DNA of 64,000 nucleotides, taken from IMG/VR virus record IMGVR_UViG_3300023054_000005; one strand, written 5' to 3'. Origin of the DNA: an uncultured virus (IMG/VR IMGVR_UViG_3300023054_000005) (Duplodnaviria; Heunggongvirae; Uroviricota; Caudoviricetes). Below, one piece after another: positions 21,554 to 30,888 of this stretch. The notes beneath the pieces are model-generated. The model saw nothing but the letters and a program-made list of their open reading frames with translations. It was not told where the DNA came from and did no database searches. The position numbers were made by a program, and so were the translations under genes. How positions within the stretch are numbered: position 1 is the first letter of the stretch; each line of letters begins with the position of its first letter.

Positions 21554-21637
21554 AGAAAAAACAAAACAAATTAGGAACCCCGGAAGGGGTTTCATATATT
21601 TAATTATTACAAACAGTTATCAAATAAAAGTAAAGTT

Positions 21638-22474
21638 ATGGATTTATCAGTATTGAAAAAGAAGTTAGAAGGTCTTCAACAAAAACAAACCTCAAATTTA
21701 AAAACAGATTACACTACCATTTTTTGGTCACCTAAAGTAGGAAAGCACCAAATTAGAATTGTACCCTCTGTTTTTAACCCTAAAAACCCATTTAAGGAAT
21801 TAAAATTCTACTATGGTATTACTAATAAGGTTATGGTTTCACCCTTAAATTTTGGTGAGAAGGACCCAATTGCATTGTTTGCACAAAAACTTAGAGAAGA
21901 GTATAACAAGGAAAATTATTTACTTGCTAAAAAATTAGACCCTAAAAACCGTATTTTTATCCCTGTAGTAGTTAGAGGTGAAGAAGATAAAGGTGCTAGA
22001 TTGTGGCAGTTTGGAAAACAAGTATATGAAGAATTATTAGCCCTTGCGGTGGATGATGAAATTGGAGATTATACTGACATTGTAAATGGGAGAGATTTAA
22101 CAGTGGAGACAGTAGGACCAGAATCTACAGGTACCGCTTATAATAAATCATCGGTTCGTGTTAGATTAAAATCAACACCATTAAGTGAAAATAAAGAAGA
22201 AGTTGAAACTTGGATGAAAGACCAACCAAACCCTGAAGATTTATTTAAGAAATATTCATTTGAAGAGATGAAATCTGCCCTTGAAAAATGGTTATCACCC
22301 GAAGACGCAAACAGGGAAGGTGATATAATCTCAGAACCATCAGTAGGGTTTGAGTCTAATAAAACTGATTTTTCATTAAATACATCAACACCAAGAGTTA
22401 AACAATCTAAAGGAAACCAATTTGATACTTTATTTGGAGATCCAACTTTAGAAACAGATGATCTACCTTTTTAA
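21638..22474 (+). CDS. Single-stranded DNA-binding protein (gp32-like)
   Basis: FW.PK.G..IRIVP, D...GRD motifs and acidic tail DDLPF; upstream of the recombinase. Confidence 0.75.
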   Translation: MDLSVLKKKLEGLQQKQTSNLKTDYTTIFWSPKVGKHQIRIVPSVFNPKNPFKELKFYYGITNKVMVSPLNFGEKDPIALFAQKLREEYNKENYLLAKKLDPKNRIFIPVVVRGEEDKGARLWQFGKQVYEELLALAVDDEIGDYTDIVNGRDLTVETVGPESTGTAYNKSSVRVRLKSTPLSENKEEVETWMKDQPNPEDLFKKYSFEEMKSALEKWLSPEDANREGDIISEPSVGFESNKTDFSLNTSTPRVKQSKGNQFDTLFGDPTLETDDLPF

Positions 22475-22477
22475 TAT

Positions 22478-23557
22478 ATGGCAAAAAGACCACCTAAATC
22501 CCTTTCAGCGGCAGTGTCCGCTGAAATACAAAGTAAATTTGATTTAAATAAATTTAAAAGCAAGAAGGGATTAGATAAAAACATCAAATTTAAGGATCAA
22601 AAATGGATACCATTATCCCCTGCTTTTCAAGAAATCGCTGGAATACCTGGTATACCTATGGGACACATTTCATTACTTAGAGGACATTCTGATACTGGTA
22701 AAACAACTGCTTTGCTTGAAGCAGCCGTATCAGCACAGAAAATGGGGGTATTACCCGTCTTCATCATTACGGAAATGAAATGGAATTGGGAACACGCTTC
22801 ACAAATGGGGCTAGAAGTTAATATTATTAAAGATAAGGATACAGGTGAAGTTCTTGACTATGATGGTAATTTTATCTACGTTGATAGAGAGACAGTTCAT
22901 ACTATAGAAGATGTAGCTGCCTTTATTATGGATTTAACAAATGAGCAGAAAAAAGGTAATTTACCTTATGATTTATGTTTCTTTTGGGACTCAATTGGTT
23001 CTATTCCTTGTGCTATGTCAGTTGAAAAATTGAAAAATAACAATGAATGGAATGCAGGTGCAATGTCAACACAATTTGGTAATACAGTTAATCAAAGTAT
23101 TGTATTGTCTCGTAAAGAATCAGCACCTTATACCAATACTTTGTGCTGTATCAATAAAGTCTGGACTGCTAAAGCTGAATCACCTATGGGTCAACCTAAG
23201 ATGATGAATAAAGGGGGTATGGCTATGTGGTACGATGCAACATTCGTAGTTACATTTGGAAATATATCTAATGCCGGGACCTCTAAAATCAAAGCAATTA
23301 AAGATGGGAAACAGGTTGAATTTGCTAAACGTACTAATTTACAAATTGATAAAAACCACGTTAACGGTGTAACTACTAGAGGTAAAATTATTATGACTCC
23401 TCATGGGTTCATTAATGATGATGAGAAGGAACTGAAAGCATATAAAGCCAAATATTCTCAAGAATGGAGTAAATTTTTAGGTGGAGATGACTTCCAGGTT
23501 GTTGAAGAAGGAGATGAAAGCCAAGGTATGTCCCATTTTGAAGTAGAACCAGAATAA
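22478..23557 (+). CDS. uvsX: RecA/UvsX-like recombinase
   Basis: GIP.G.I..L.GHSDTGKT Walker A, FFWDSIG Walker B, KGG motif. Confidence 0.85.
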   Translation: MAKRPPKSLSAAVSAEIQSKFDLNKFKSKKGLDKNIKFKDQKWIPLSPAFQEIAGIPGIPMGHISLLRGHSDTGKTTALLEAAVSAQKMGVLPVFIITEMKWNWEHASQMGLEVNIIKDKDTGEVLDYDGNFIYVDRETVHTIEDVAAFIMDLTNEQKKGNLPYDLCFFWDSIGSIPCAMSVEKLKNNNEWNAGAMSTQFGNTVNQSIVLSRKESAPYTNTLCCINKVWTAKAESPMGQPKMMNKGGMAMWYDATFVVTFGNISNAGTSKIKAIKDGKQVEFAKRTNLQIDKNHVNGVTTRGKIIMTPHGFINDDEKELKAYKAKYSQEWSKFLGGDDFQVVEEGDESQGMSHFEVEPE

Positions 23558-23560
23558 AAT

Positions 23561-24598
23561 ATGAACAACAAAGAATTATTTAGTCTCCTGGATAATATCC
23601 AGGAACAAGGGGAAGAGCCTCAATTAAAAAGACATGATAGAGTTTTAATATTAGATGGGTTAAACCTATTTTTTAGAAATTTTGCTATGATGAATATGGT
23701 TAACCCCGATGGGGTGCATGTTGGGGGACTAGGTGGTTTTTTTCGTTCATTAGGAGCTATGATCCGTCAAACAAACCCCACATCTGTGTATGTGGTGTTT
23801 GATGGCGCGGGTTCATCCTCGAGTAGAAAAAATCTAATCTCTGAATATAAGGGAACTAGAAATTTACAACGTATTACTAATTGGGAGGCATTTGACAATC
23901 TAGAAGATGAACATGATTCTAAAATCGATCAAATTGTAAGGATTATTCAATACCTAAAACTATTACCTGTTAAAACTACTATACTTGATAAAGTAGAAGC
24001 AGATGATATCATAGCGGTATTATCCGAAAAGTTGGTAGAAAAATTTAATTCTACTTGCTTTATTGTATCCTCTGATAAAGATTTCCTTCAGTTAGTTACG
24101 GATAAAATTATTGTGTACCGACCTATGGAAAAAGAATATTATACTCCAAAGGTGGTAGAGGAGAAATTTGGGCTTTTACCTTCAAATTTTATTTTAATGA
24201 AAACATTATTAGGAGATTCATCCGATAATATCCAAGGTATCAAGGGTTTAGGAGCTAAAGGTTTATTTAAAAAATTCCCGGAATTAAAAACCCAAGAATT
24301 AACTTTAGAAAATATATTTGAGATATCAGCCGGAAAATTTAAAGAACATATTGTATATTCACGTATACTTCAAGAAAGAAGTAGAATAGAGATTAATTAC
24401 AAGGTAATGGATCTAAGTAATCCTATGATAGATGATAGGGGTAAAGCACACATCGACACTTTAATTAAAAATGACTTACCTGATTTCTATCCCGAAATGT
24501 TTATTCAGTTTTATAATGAAGATAAACTTGGGGGTATGATTAGAAATTTAGACATATGGTTAAAAGAAATCTTTACCCCCTTTACTAAATACAATTAG
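23561..24598 (+). CDS. 5'-3' exonuclease / flap endonuclease (RNase H-like)
   Basis: ILDG.N, VVFDG, YKGTR, EADD, SSDKDFLQ and GDSSDNI.GIKGLG motifs. Confidence 0.9.
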   Translation: MNNKELFSLLDNIQEQGEEPQLKRHDRVLILDGLNLFFRNFAMMNMVNPDGVHVGGLGGFFRSLGAMIRQTNPTSVYVVFDGAGSSSSRKNLISEYKGTRNLQRITNWEAFDNLEDEHDSKIDQIVRIIQYLKLLPVKTTILDKVEADDIIAVLSEKLVEKFNSTCFIVSSDKDFLQLVTDKIIVYRPMEKEYYTPKVVEEKFGLLPSNFILMKTLLGDSSDNIQGIKGLGAKGLFKKFPELKTQELTLENIFEISAGKFKEHIVYSRILQERSRIEINYKVMDLSNPMIDDRGKAHIDTLIKNDLPDFYPEMFIQFYNEDKLGGMIRNLDIWLKEIFTPFTKYN

Positions 24599-24627
24599 TA
24601 TTAATATTAAAAATAAAAGTTATATAA

Positions 24628-26004
24628 ATGACCCTTTCCTCAGTAAACCAGTATGGAAATGACTTCCAAATAAAAGTGTTATCATCTTTATTAAGTCATA
24701 AAGAATTTCTAATTAACATCCACGATATTATTTCGGAAGATGATTTTGAGAATAGTGCAATGAAGTGGATTATTAGAGAAATTTTAAAATATTACCAAAA
24801 ATACCACACAACACCCTCATTAGATATTTTAAAAGTAGAATTACAAAAAGTAGACAACGAGGTTTTACAAATTTCAATTAGAGAGCAACTTAAACAAGCC
24901 TATATTTCTTCTGATGATGATTTAGAATATGTTCAAGAAGAATTTACTAATTTTTGTAAAAACCAACAATTGAAAAAGGCATTAATGTCTTCGGTTGATA
25001 TGTTACAAGCCGGGGATTATGATGGGATTCGTTTTTTGATTGATAGTGCTTTAAAATCGGGGCAAGATAAAAATTTGGGGCATGAATATGTTAAAGACAT
25101 TGAATCTCGTTATAGAGAAAATTCAAGAACTACTGTTCCTACTCCTTGGGAACGCGTAAATACTATCCTACAGGGAGGTTTAGGTAATGGTGATTTCGGT
25201 CTTATATTTGGTAATCCTGGGGGTGGTAAATCCTGGTCATTAGTAGCATTAGGAGGGTATGCTGTTAAATTGGGGTATAATGTTTTACATTATACTCTAG
25301 AATTAGGTGAAGAATATGTAGCTAAAAGATACGATGCTTTTTTCACCAAAATACCAGTTGATAAAATAGACTCCCACCGTGATAAAGTAGAAGAAATTCT
25401 ACCTCAATTACCTGGAAGTTTGATTGTAAAGGAATACCCTACAGGTAGAGCAACAGTATCAACCATTGAATCTCATATATCTAAGTGTATTAGCTTAGGG
25501 ATAAAACCTGATATGATTATTATAGATTATGTAGATCTTCTTGCATCAAGAAAAACCAACCGTGAGCGTAAAGATGAAATTGATGATATTTATACAAGCA
25601 CTAAGGGATTAGCAAAACAGTTAAATATACCTATTTGGTCAGTTTCTCAAGTTAATCGTGCAGGTGCAAAAGATGATATTATTGAAGGGGATAAAGCAGC
25701 AGGGTCTTATGATAAGATTATGATTACTGATTTCTGTATGTCTCTTTCACGTAAAAAAGAAGATAAAGTTAACAATACCGGAAGATTCCATATAATGAAA
25801 AATAGATATGGTATTGACGGTCTTACATTTGGTGTAAATGCTAACACTTCAACTGGACATTTTGAAGTATACGATTACCAAGATACGAGTAATGGGGACG
25901 AGCATTTAACCCCTGCCCACCAATCAAATAAGTTTGATACGGGTGTAAATGCTACAGATAAACAATTATTAAGAGAAAGGTTTTTTGAATTAGGTAACGA
26001 ATAA
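24628..26004 (+). CDS. Replicative DnaB/gp41-like helicase
   Basis: GNPGGGKS, TLEL, IIDYVD, SQVNR and KNRYG motifs. Confidence 0.9.
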   Translation: MTLSSVNQYGNDFQIKVLSSLLSHKEFLINIHDIISEDDFENSAMKWIIREILKYYQKYHTTPSLDILKVELQKVDNEVLQISIREQLKQAYISSDDDLEYVQEEFTNFCKNQQLKKALMSSVDMLQAGDYDGIRFLIDSALKSGQDKNLGHEYVKDIESRYRENSRTTVPTPWERVNTILQGGLGNGDFGLIFGNPGGGKSWSLVALGGYAVKLGYNVLHYTLELGEEYVAKRYDAFFTKIPVDKIDSHRDKVEEILPQLPGSLIVKEYPTGRATVSTIESHISKCISLGIKPDMIIIDYVDLLASRKTNRERKDEIDDIYTSTKGLAKQLNIPIWSVSQVNRAGAKDDIIEGDKAAGSYDKIMITDFCMSLSRKKEDKVNNTGRFHIMKNRYGIDGLTFGVNANTSTGHFEVYDYQDTSNGDEHLTPAHQSNKFDTGVNATDKQLLRERFFELGNE

Positions 26005-26018
26005 TTAATTATTAAATC

Positions 26019-27008
26019 ATGAGTAAAAAAAGAGACATTAAAGAAGAAAGAATAGTTTACAAGCCATTCGAATACCCTGAAGCCCACGATTATTGGTTAA
26101 AACAACACCAAGCACATTGGCTCCACACAGAAGTTCCCATGATGTCAGATGTAAATGATTGGAAACAAAATTTAACAGTAAATGAAAAAAATATTGTAGG
26201 TTCAATCCTAAAAGGATTTGCACAAACTGAAACTGTAGTAAATGATTATTGGACCAATTTAGTTACCTCTTGGTTCAGAAAACCCGAGATTATTAAAATG
26301 GCGGTTACATTCGGGGCATTTGAAACTATACATGCTGAAGCCTATTCTCTATTAAATGAAGAATTAGGTTTAGATAATTTTTCTGAATTTTTAGAAGATG
26401 AAGCTACAATGGCAAAAATTCAAGCTTTAATGGATGTGAGAGATTCACATAATGGGGAACCAGATTGGTCTGCCCGAGCAAAATCCTTAGCAATCTTCTC
26501 TGCATTTACCGAGGGTGTTAATTTATTTTCATCCTTTGCTATTTTATTATCTTTTAAATTACAAAATAAATTAAAAGGAGTAGGACAAATTGTAGAATGG
26601 AGCATCAGAGATGAATCATTACACTCAGAAGCAGGATGTTGGTTATTTAGACAATTAATGGTAGAAAACCCTGACCTAAATACCCCTGAATTAAGAATTG
26701 AAATTGAAGAAGCAGCTAAATTATCTTTAAAACTTGAATTAGGCTTCATTGACAAAGTATATGCAATGGGAGATTTAGAGGGATGCTCAAAATACGATTT
26801 AGTATCTTTTATCAAATATAGAGTTAATACTAAAATGCAAGATTTAGGATATGATTCTATTGTAAATGGTATAGATGCAGCTTCTATTAAAAGAATGAAA
26901 TGGTTTGATAGTTTATCTGCTGGAAAACAACATACCGATTTCTTTGCCTCAAGGGTAACTAATTATTCAAAAGGAGTACAGAATTGGGATGTAAACGACT
27001 TATTTTAA
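26019..27008 (+). CDS. nrdB: Ribonucleotide reductase class I beta subunit
   Basis: ETIHAEAY, EGVNLFSSF, RDESLH and DFFA..VTNY motifs. Confidence 0.95.
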   Translation: MSKKRDIKEERIVYKPFEYPEAHDYWLKQHQAHWLHTEVPMMSDVNDWKQNLTVNEKNIVGSILKGFAQTETVVNDYWTNLVTSWFRKPEIIKMAVTFGAFETIHAEAYSLLNEELGLDNFSEFLEDEATMAKIQALMDVRDSHNGEPDWSARAKSLAIFSAFTEGVNLFSSFAILLSFKLQNKLKGVGQIVEWSIRDESLHSEAGCWLFRQLMVENPDLNTPELRIEIEEAAKLSLKLELGFIDKVYAMGDLEGCSKYDLVSFIKYRVNTKMQDLGYDSIVNGIDAASIKRMKWFDSLSAGKQHTDFFASRVTNYSKGVQNWDVNDLF

Positions 27009-27025
27009 TAAACTAAAACAAAAAA

Positions 27026-28144
27026 ATGGACAATAATTCACTAATAGCAGATTATAGTAATTGGATTGCAGGTAAAGATTACCCTGAATACATGGATGAA
27101 ATCTCATTAGCAACAATCAGCAAGGGTTACTTACTACCTGGAGAAACAGTAAGAACAGCATATAAAAGAGTAGCAAATGCCTCCGCTTTTAGATTAAAAA
27201 AACCAGAATTAGCATCCAAATTCTTTAAAATAATGTGGAATGGTTGGTTAGGCCTGGCATCCCCCGTTTTATCAAATATGGGAACAAGCCGTGGGTTACC
27301 AATTTCATGTTTTGGTATAGATACACCCGATTCTATACGTGGAATAGGTTTAACAAACGCAGAACTAATGAAATTAACCGCCTCCGGTGGTGGGGTAGGT
27401 ATTGGCTTATCTCGCATCAGACCACGCGGTACTGAAATCTCGGGAAATGGGAAATCTGAAGGGGTTGTACCTTGGGCTAAAATATTCGATTCATCTATTA
27501 TAGCTACAAATCAGGGCAATGTTAGAAGAGGAGCAGCTTCAGTTAATTTAGACATCAATCACGAGGATATTAATGAATTTTTAGAAATTAGAAGACCAAA
27601 AGGAGACCCAAACAGACAATGTTTAAATTTACACCAATGTGTTGTTGTAGATGATCATTTTATGCGTAGATTAGAAACACGGGATTCTGAAGCTTTAAAT
27701 ACTTGGGCTAAAGTCTTAAAATCAAGAATGGAAACAGGTGAACCTTACATTATGTACAAAGATAATGTAAATAAACAAAATCCAATGGCTTACATGCTAA
27801 ATAATCTAGAAGTAACAATGACCAATATATGTGTTACTGGGGATACTAAAATTAACATTAAAATAGGAGATAAAAAACAAGAAATAGAAATTCAAGACCT
27901 TGAGTTTTTACTTCAAACCCATTCTGAAGTTTATGTTTTAAGTTATAATCTTGAGACTTTGGAAAAGGAATATAAACTTATTACCAATTATGGAGTAACC
28001 AACCCTGAAGCTGAATTATTAGAGATTGAGGATGAAGTAACGGGATTTAAAATACAATGCACTCCAGAACATAAAATATTAACTAAAAATAGAGGTTGGA
28101 TTGAGGCTCAAAATTTAATAGAAGATGATGAACTTATTTACTAA
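27026..28144 (+). CDS. nrdA: Ribonucleotide reductase alpha subunit, N-terminal part fused to N-intein
   Basis: ASPVLSN, PISCF, GGGVG, RRGA and GEPY motifs; after TNI an intein starts with CVTGDT and contains CTPEHKILT. Confidence 0.92.
   Translation: MDNNSLIADYSNWIAGKDYPEYMDEISLATISKGYLLPGETVRTAYKRVANASAFRLKKPELASKFFKIMWNGWLGLASPVLSNMGTSRGLPISCFGIDTPDSIRGIGLTNAELMKLTASGGGVGIGLSRIRPRGTEISGNGKSEGVVPWAKIFDSSIIATNQGNVRRGAASVNLDINHEDINEFLEIRRPKGDPNRQCLNLHQCVVVDDHFMRRLETRDSEALNTWAKVLKSRMETGEPYIMYKDNVNKQNPMAYMLNNLEVTMTNICVTGDTKINIKIGDKKQEIEIQDLEFLLQTHSEVYVLSYNLETLEKEYKLITNYGVTNPEAELLEIEDEVTGFKIQCTPEHKILTKNRGWIEAQNLIEDDELIY
27830..28141 (+). mobile_element. Split intein, N-terminal half (~104 aa)
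   Basis: Block A CVTGDTKI, block B TPEH, ends RGWIEAQNLIEDDEL. Confidence 0.88.
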
Positions 28145-28454
28145 AAACCATCATACAGAAAAAATATTAACTTCTCAAGGTATGTTTTTGGGGTTGTCTA
28201 AAAATCAATCTACTAGAAATTTGGAGGTAGGGGATTATTTTTGTATGTTTGATAATAAAAAAGATTTATTGATTTTTATACAAAAGGAATGGCAGAAAGT
28301 TTGGTTTCTAGATGTATCTGATGATCAGATTGTTGGGGAAATAGAGTATAATATTCTAACGGATAAAAATGAGTTTATATCGACCACTCCAACTTTTAAA
28401 AAGTTATACAAAAATGAATTAAAAAACTTAAAAAAACAATTAAAATTTTCTTAG
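28125..28454 (+). CDS. Hypothetical protein between the nrdA halves
   Basis: 109-aa ORF overlapping the nrdA-N stop. Confidence 0.55.
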   Translation: MMNLFTKNHHTEKILTSQGMFLGLSKNQSTRNLEVGDYFCMFDNKKDLLIFIQKEWQKVWFLDVSDDQIVGEIEYNILTDKNEFISTTPTFKKLYKNELKNLKKQLKFS

Positions 28455-28488
28455 ACTTTTTCTTAGATCTATATATTTATAAACGATA

Positions 28489-28632
28489 ATGGGACGTATA
28501 AAAAAATATCAAACCGAGGATGAACGTGTTCAAAAACAACTTGAATATAGTAAAACTTATTATTGGAAAAATAAAACAAAAGTAGATGAAAATGTTAAAA
28601 GAAAGTATCACGAAAGAAAAGCCAACTCCTAA
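28489..28632 (+). CDS. Small basic protein (47 aa), not in the ORF track
   Basis: MGRIKKYQTEDERVQKQLEYSKTYYWKNKTKVDENVKRKYHERKANS*, just after a TATTTATA motif. Confidence 0.5.
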   Translation: MGRIKKYQTEDERVQKQLEYSKTYYWKNKTKVDENVKRKYHERKANS

Positions 28633-29230
28633 ATTCATAGTTTATATAACAACTAATTTAGTAAATGAGAAAAAATATATAGGTTCCCATACTTGTAAAG
28701 ATTTAAATGATGGATACTTAGGGAGTGGAACTTATTTAAAGTTAGCTTTAAAAAAATATGGTGTAGATAATTTTAAAAGAGAAATATTAGAGAATGTCCT
28801 TAATTCTAAAGTAATGAAAGAAATGGAGGAATATTACATAGGACAGTATAATGCTTTTGAAAGCGAATTATTTTACAATAAAAGCAGAAAGGGAGTTGGT
28901 TACCCATATGGTAGAAAAAAACCAAAATGGCATTGTGAAAATTTAAGAATTGCCCATAAGGGTAAATCTAAGGGTCATAAAGGTAGAATATCCCCAATGA
29001 AAGGGAAAACCCAATCCCCAGAGTCTAGAGAAAAAGCAAGATTAAATAATTTAGGTAAAAATAATAAACCTATATTACAATATGATTTAGAATTAAATTT
29101 TATAAAAGAATGGGAATCTATAATTAAGGCGGCTCATTCTTTAAATAAAAAAACAGGAGCCGCTATTGGGGAATGTGCCAAAGGAAAAAGACCCACAATA
29201 TATGGGTATAAATGGAAATATAAAATATAA
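28586..29230 (+). CDS. GIY-YIG homing endonuclease with NUMOD-type C-terminus
   Basis: IVYITTNLVNEKKYIGSH, YLGSG, FKREIL, and tail KEWES...YGYKWKY. Confidence 0.88.
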   Translation: MKMLKESITKEKPTPKFIVYITTNLVNEKKYIGSHTCKDLNDGYLGSGTYLKLALKKYGVDNFKREILENVLNSKVMKEMEEYYIGQYNAFESELFYNKSRKGVGYPYGRKKPKWHCENLRIAHKGKSKGHKGRISPMKGKTQSPESREKARLNNLGKNNKPILQYDLELNFIKEWESIIKAAHSLNKKTGAAIGECAKGKRPTIYGYKWKYKI

Positions 29231-29241
29231 AAATTAAAAAA

Positions 29242-29343
29242 ATGGGATTAAAAATTTCGAAATTATCAAATAAAAAACCGGTATATGATATAACGGTACA
29301 GGACAATAAAAATTTCTATGCTAATGGTGCTGTAGTTCATAAC
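29242..29343 (+). mobile_element. Split intein, C-terminal half (34 aa)
   Basis: Block F VYDITV..NFYANG and block G HN followed by Cys+1. Confidence 0.9.
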
Positions 29344-30255
29344 TGTTCTGAAATTACCTTATTTACAGATGAAGAACATTCTTTTATTTGTTGTTTATCA
29401 TCTTTAAATTTAGCAAAATACGAAGAATGGAAAGACACAGATACTGTGGAAATGTCTACCTGGTTTTTGGATGGTGTAATGCAAGAATTTATAGAAAAAT
29501 CTAATGGTATAGATTCATTAACTAGGACGAATGCCCATGCCCGAAAAGGTAGAGCATTAGGTTTGGGTGTAATGGGGTGGCATACGTTTTTGCAACAAAA
29601 AGGATTACCCTTCAATTCAATAGCATCCACCGCCCACACTCATAATATTTTTAGCGATATTAGAATCAAAGCGGAAAGAGCATCCCGGGACCTGGCTGTA
29701 GAATATGGAGAACCATTATGGTGTAAGGGTACGGGCATGAGAAATACACATCTGTTGGCAATTGCCCCTACAGTATCTAATTCTGTAATAACCGGTGGTA
29801 TCTCTGCAGGTATTGAACCACTTCCTGCTAATATCTATACCTTTAATGGTGCTAAAGGTACTTTTATTAGAAAAAATAAAGTATTAGAAGTATTATTGGA
29901 AAGTAAAGGTGAAAACCAAGAAGAATATTGGGACCAAATGTTAAGAGATAATGGGTCTGTAGTAGGATTACCTGATAATGTCCTATCTCCTGATGAAAAA
30001 GAATTATTCTTAACCTTTCCTGAAATTAATCAATTAGAATTAGTACGTCAAGCAGCGATTAGACAAAGATATATTGATCAAACTCAATCTCTAAATTTAA
30101 GTTTTGATGTAAATGATTCACCTAAATGGATTAATCAAGTCCACTTAGAGAGTTGGAAATTAGGCATTAAAACACTTTACTATTTAAGAACAGATTCAGT
30201 TATCAAAGGTGACTTAGGCTCCCGACAAGCTCTTTGTGTGAGTTGTGAAGGATAA
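29242..30255 (+). CDS. nrdA: C-intein fused to ribonucleotide reductase alpha C-terminal part
   Basis: VYDITVQDNKNFYANGAVVHN|CSEI, then CCLSSLNL, LGLGVMG, AIAPT, QSLN, KTLYY and terminal CVSC. Confidence 0.92.
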   Translation: MGLKISKLSNKKPVYDITVQDNKNFYANGAVVHNCSEITLFTDEEHSFICCLSSLNLAKYEEWKDTDTVEMSTWFLDGVMQEFIEKSNGIDSLTRTNAHARKGRALGLGVMGWHTFLQQKGLPFNSIASTAHTHNIFSDIRIKAERASRDLAVEYGEPLWCKGTGMRNTHLLAIAPTVSNSVITGGISAGIEPLPANIYTFNGAKGTFIRKNKVLEVLLESKGENQEEYWDQMLRDNGSVVGLPDNVLSPDEKELFLTFPEINQLELVRQAAIRQRYIDQTQSLNLSFDVNDSPKWINQVHLESWKLGIKTLYYLRTDSVIKGDLGSRQALCVSCEG

Positions 30256-30303
30256 GATGTGTTTTTAAACACTTTCAGTGAAAAAATTTAAACAAAAAAA
30301 TTA

Positions 30304-30336
30304 AATACCTCTAAGTAATTAGGGGTATTTTTTTTT
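30304..30336 (+). terminator. Intrinsic terminator after nrdA
   Basis: AATACCTCTAA-gtaa-TTAGGGGTATT followed by a long T run. Confidence 0.75.
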
Positions 30337-30410
30337 GAGGGAAATTTAATATTTAAATTATTTGTTATATTTATAATAAAATCGAGTTGTTAATTTAAAA
30401 CAGTTATACC

Positions 30411-30665
30411 ATGTTAAACTTTATAAAAAATAAATGGATGGCTTTTAAAGACATTTTTAAAGACGAAAACGATATTAACGAGAAATCAGTGGTTGGTTTC
30501 TTATCTTTCACTGTAATGGTAATATTTGCCTTTGTAGATATTATCACGGGTTATTTTGGAAAAGACTTAGTAATAAACGAACTTATTTACAATTCATTTG
30601 TAATCATAACTCTAGGTTCTTTTGGGATAGCGGAAGCAGGTAAAATATTTGGTAAGAAAGAATAA
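30411..30665 (+). CDS. Small membrane protein, holin-like
   Basis: Two hydrophobic helices; first gene of the lysis cassette after TATTTATA. Confidence 0.55.
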   Translation: MLNFIKNKWMAFKDIFKDENDINEKSVVGFLSFTVMVIFAFVDIITGYFGKDLVINELIYNSFVIITLGSFGIAEAGKIFGKKE

Positions 30666-30674
30666 ATTACTAAA

Positions 30675-30875
30675 ATGAAAGAAAGAGTTGTATTGATATT
30701 AGTTACGGGCATAATGTTATTACTATTAATTATAGTAGTAGGAGATTTCCATATAGCCATGGAAGATAGTAGACCCATAAACGAAAATATAATACACCTT
30801 TTACAAGTAACTATTACCGGATTAGTAGCCATAGTGGGTACTTATTTCGGTATGAATAATAATAAAGATAAATAA
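30675..30875 (+). CDS. Small two-TM membrane protein
   Basis: 66 aa, two hydrophobic segments, GTYFG end. Confidence 0.55.
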   Translation: MKERVVLILVTGIMLLLLIIVVGDFHIAMEDSRPINENIIHLLQVTITGLVAIVGTYFGMNNNKDK

Positions 30876-30888
30876 AGTTATATAGATT

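Noticed and set aside
28145..29241. Group I intron in nrdA
   Set aside because: Both flanks carry intein blocks with their own stop and start, and no intron core was recognised.
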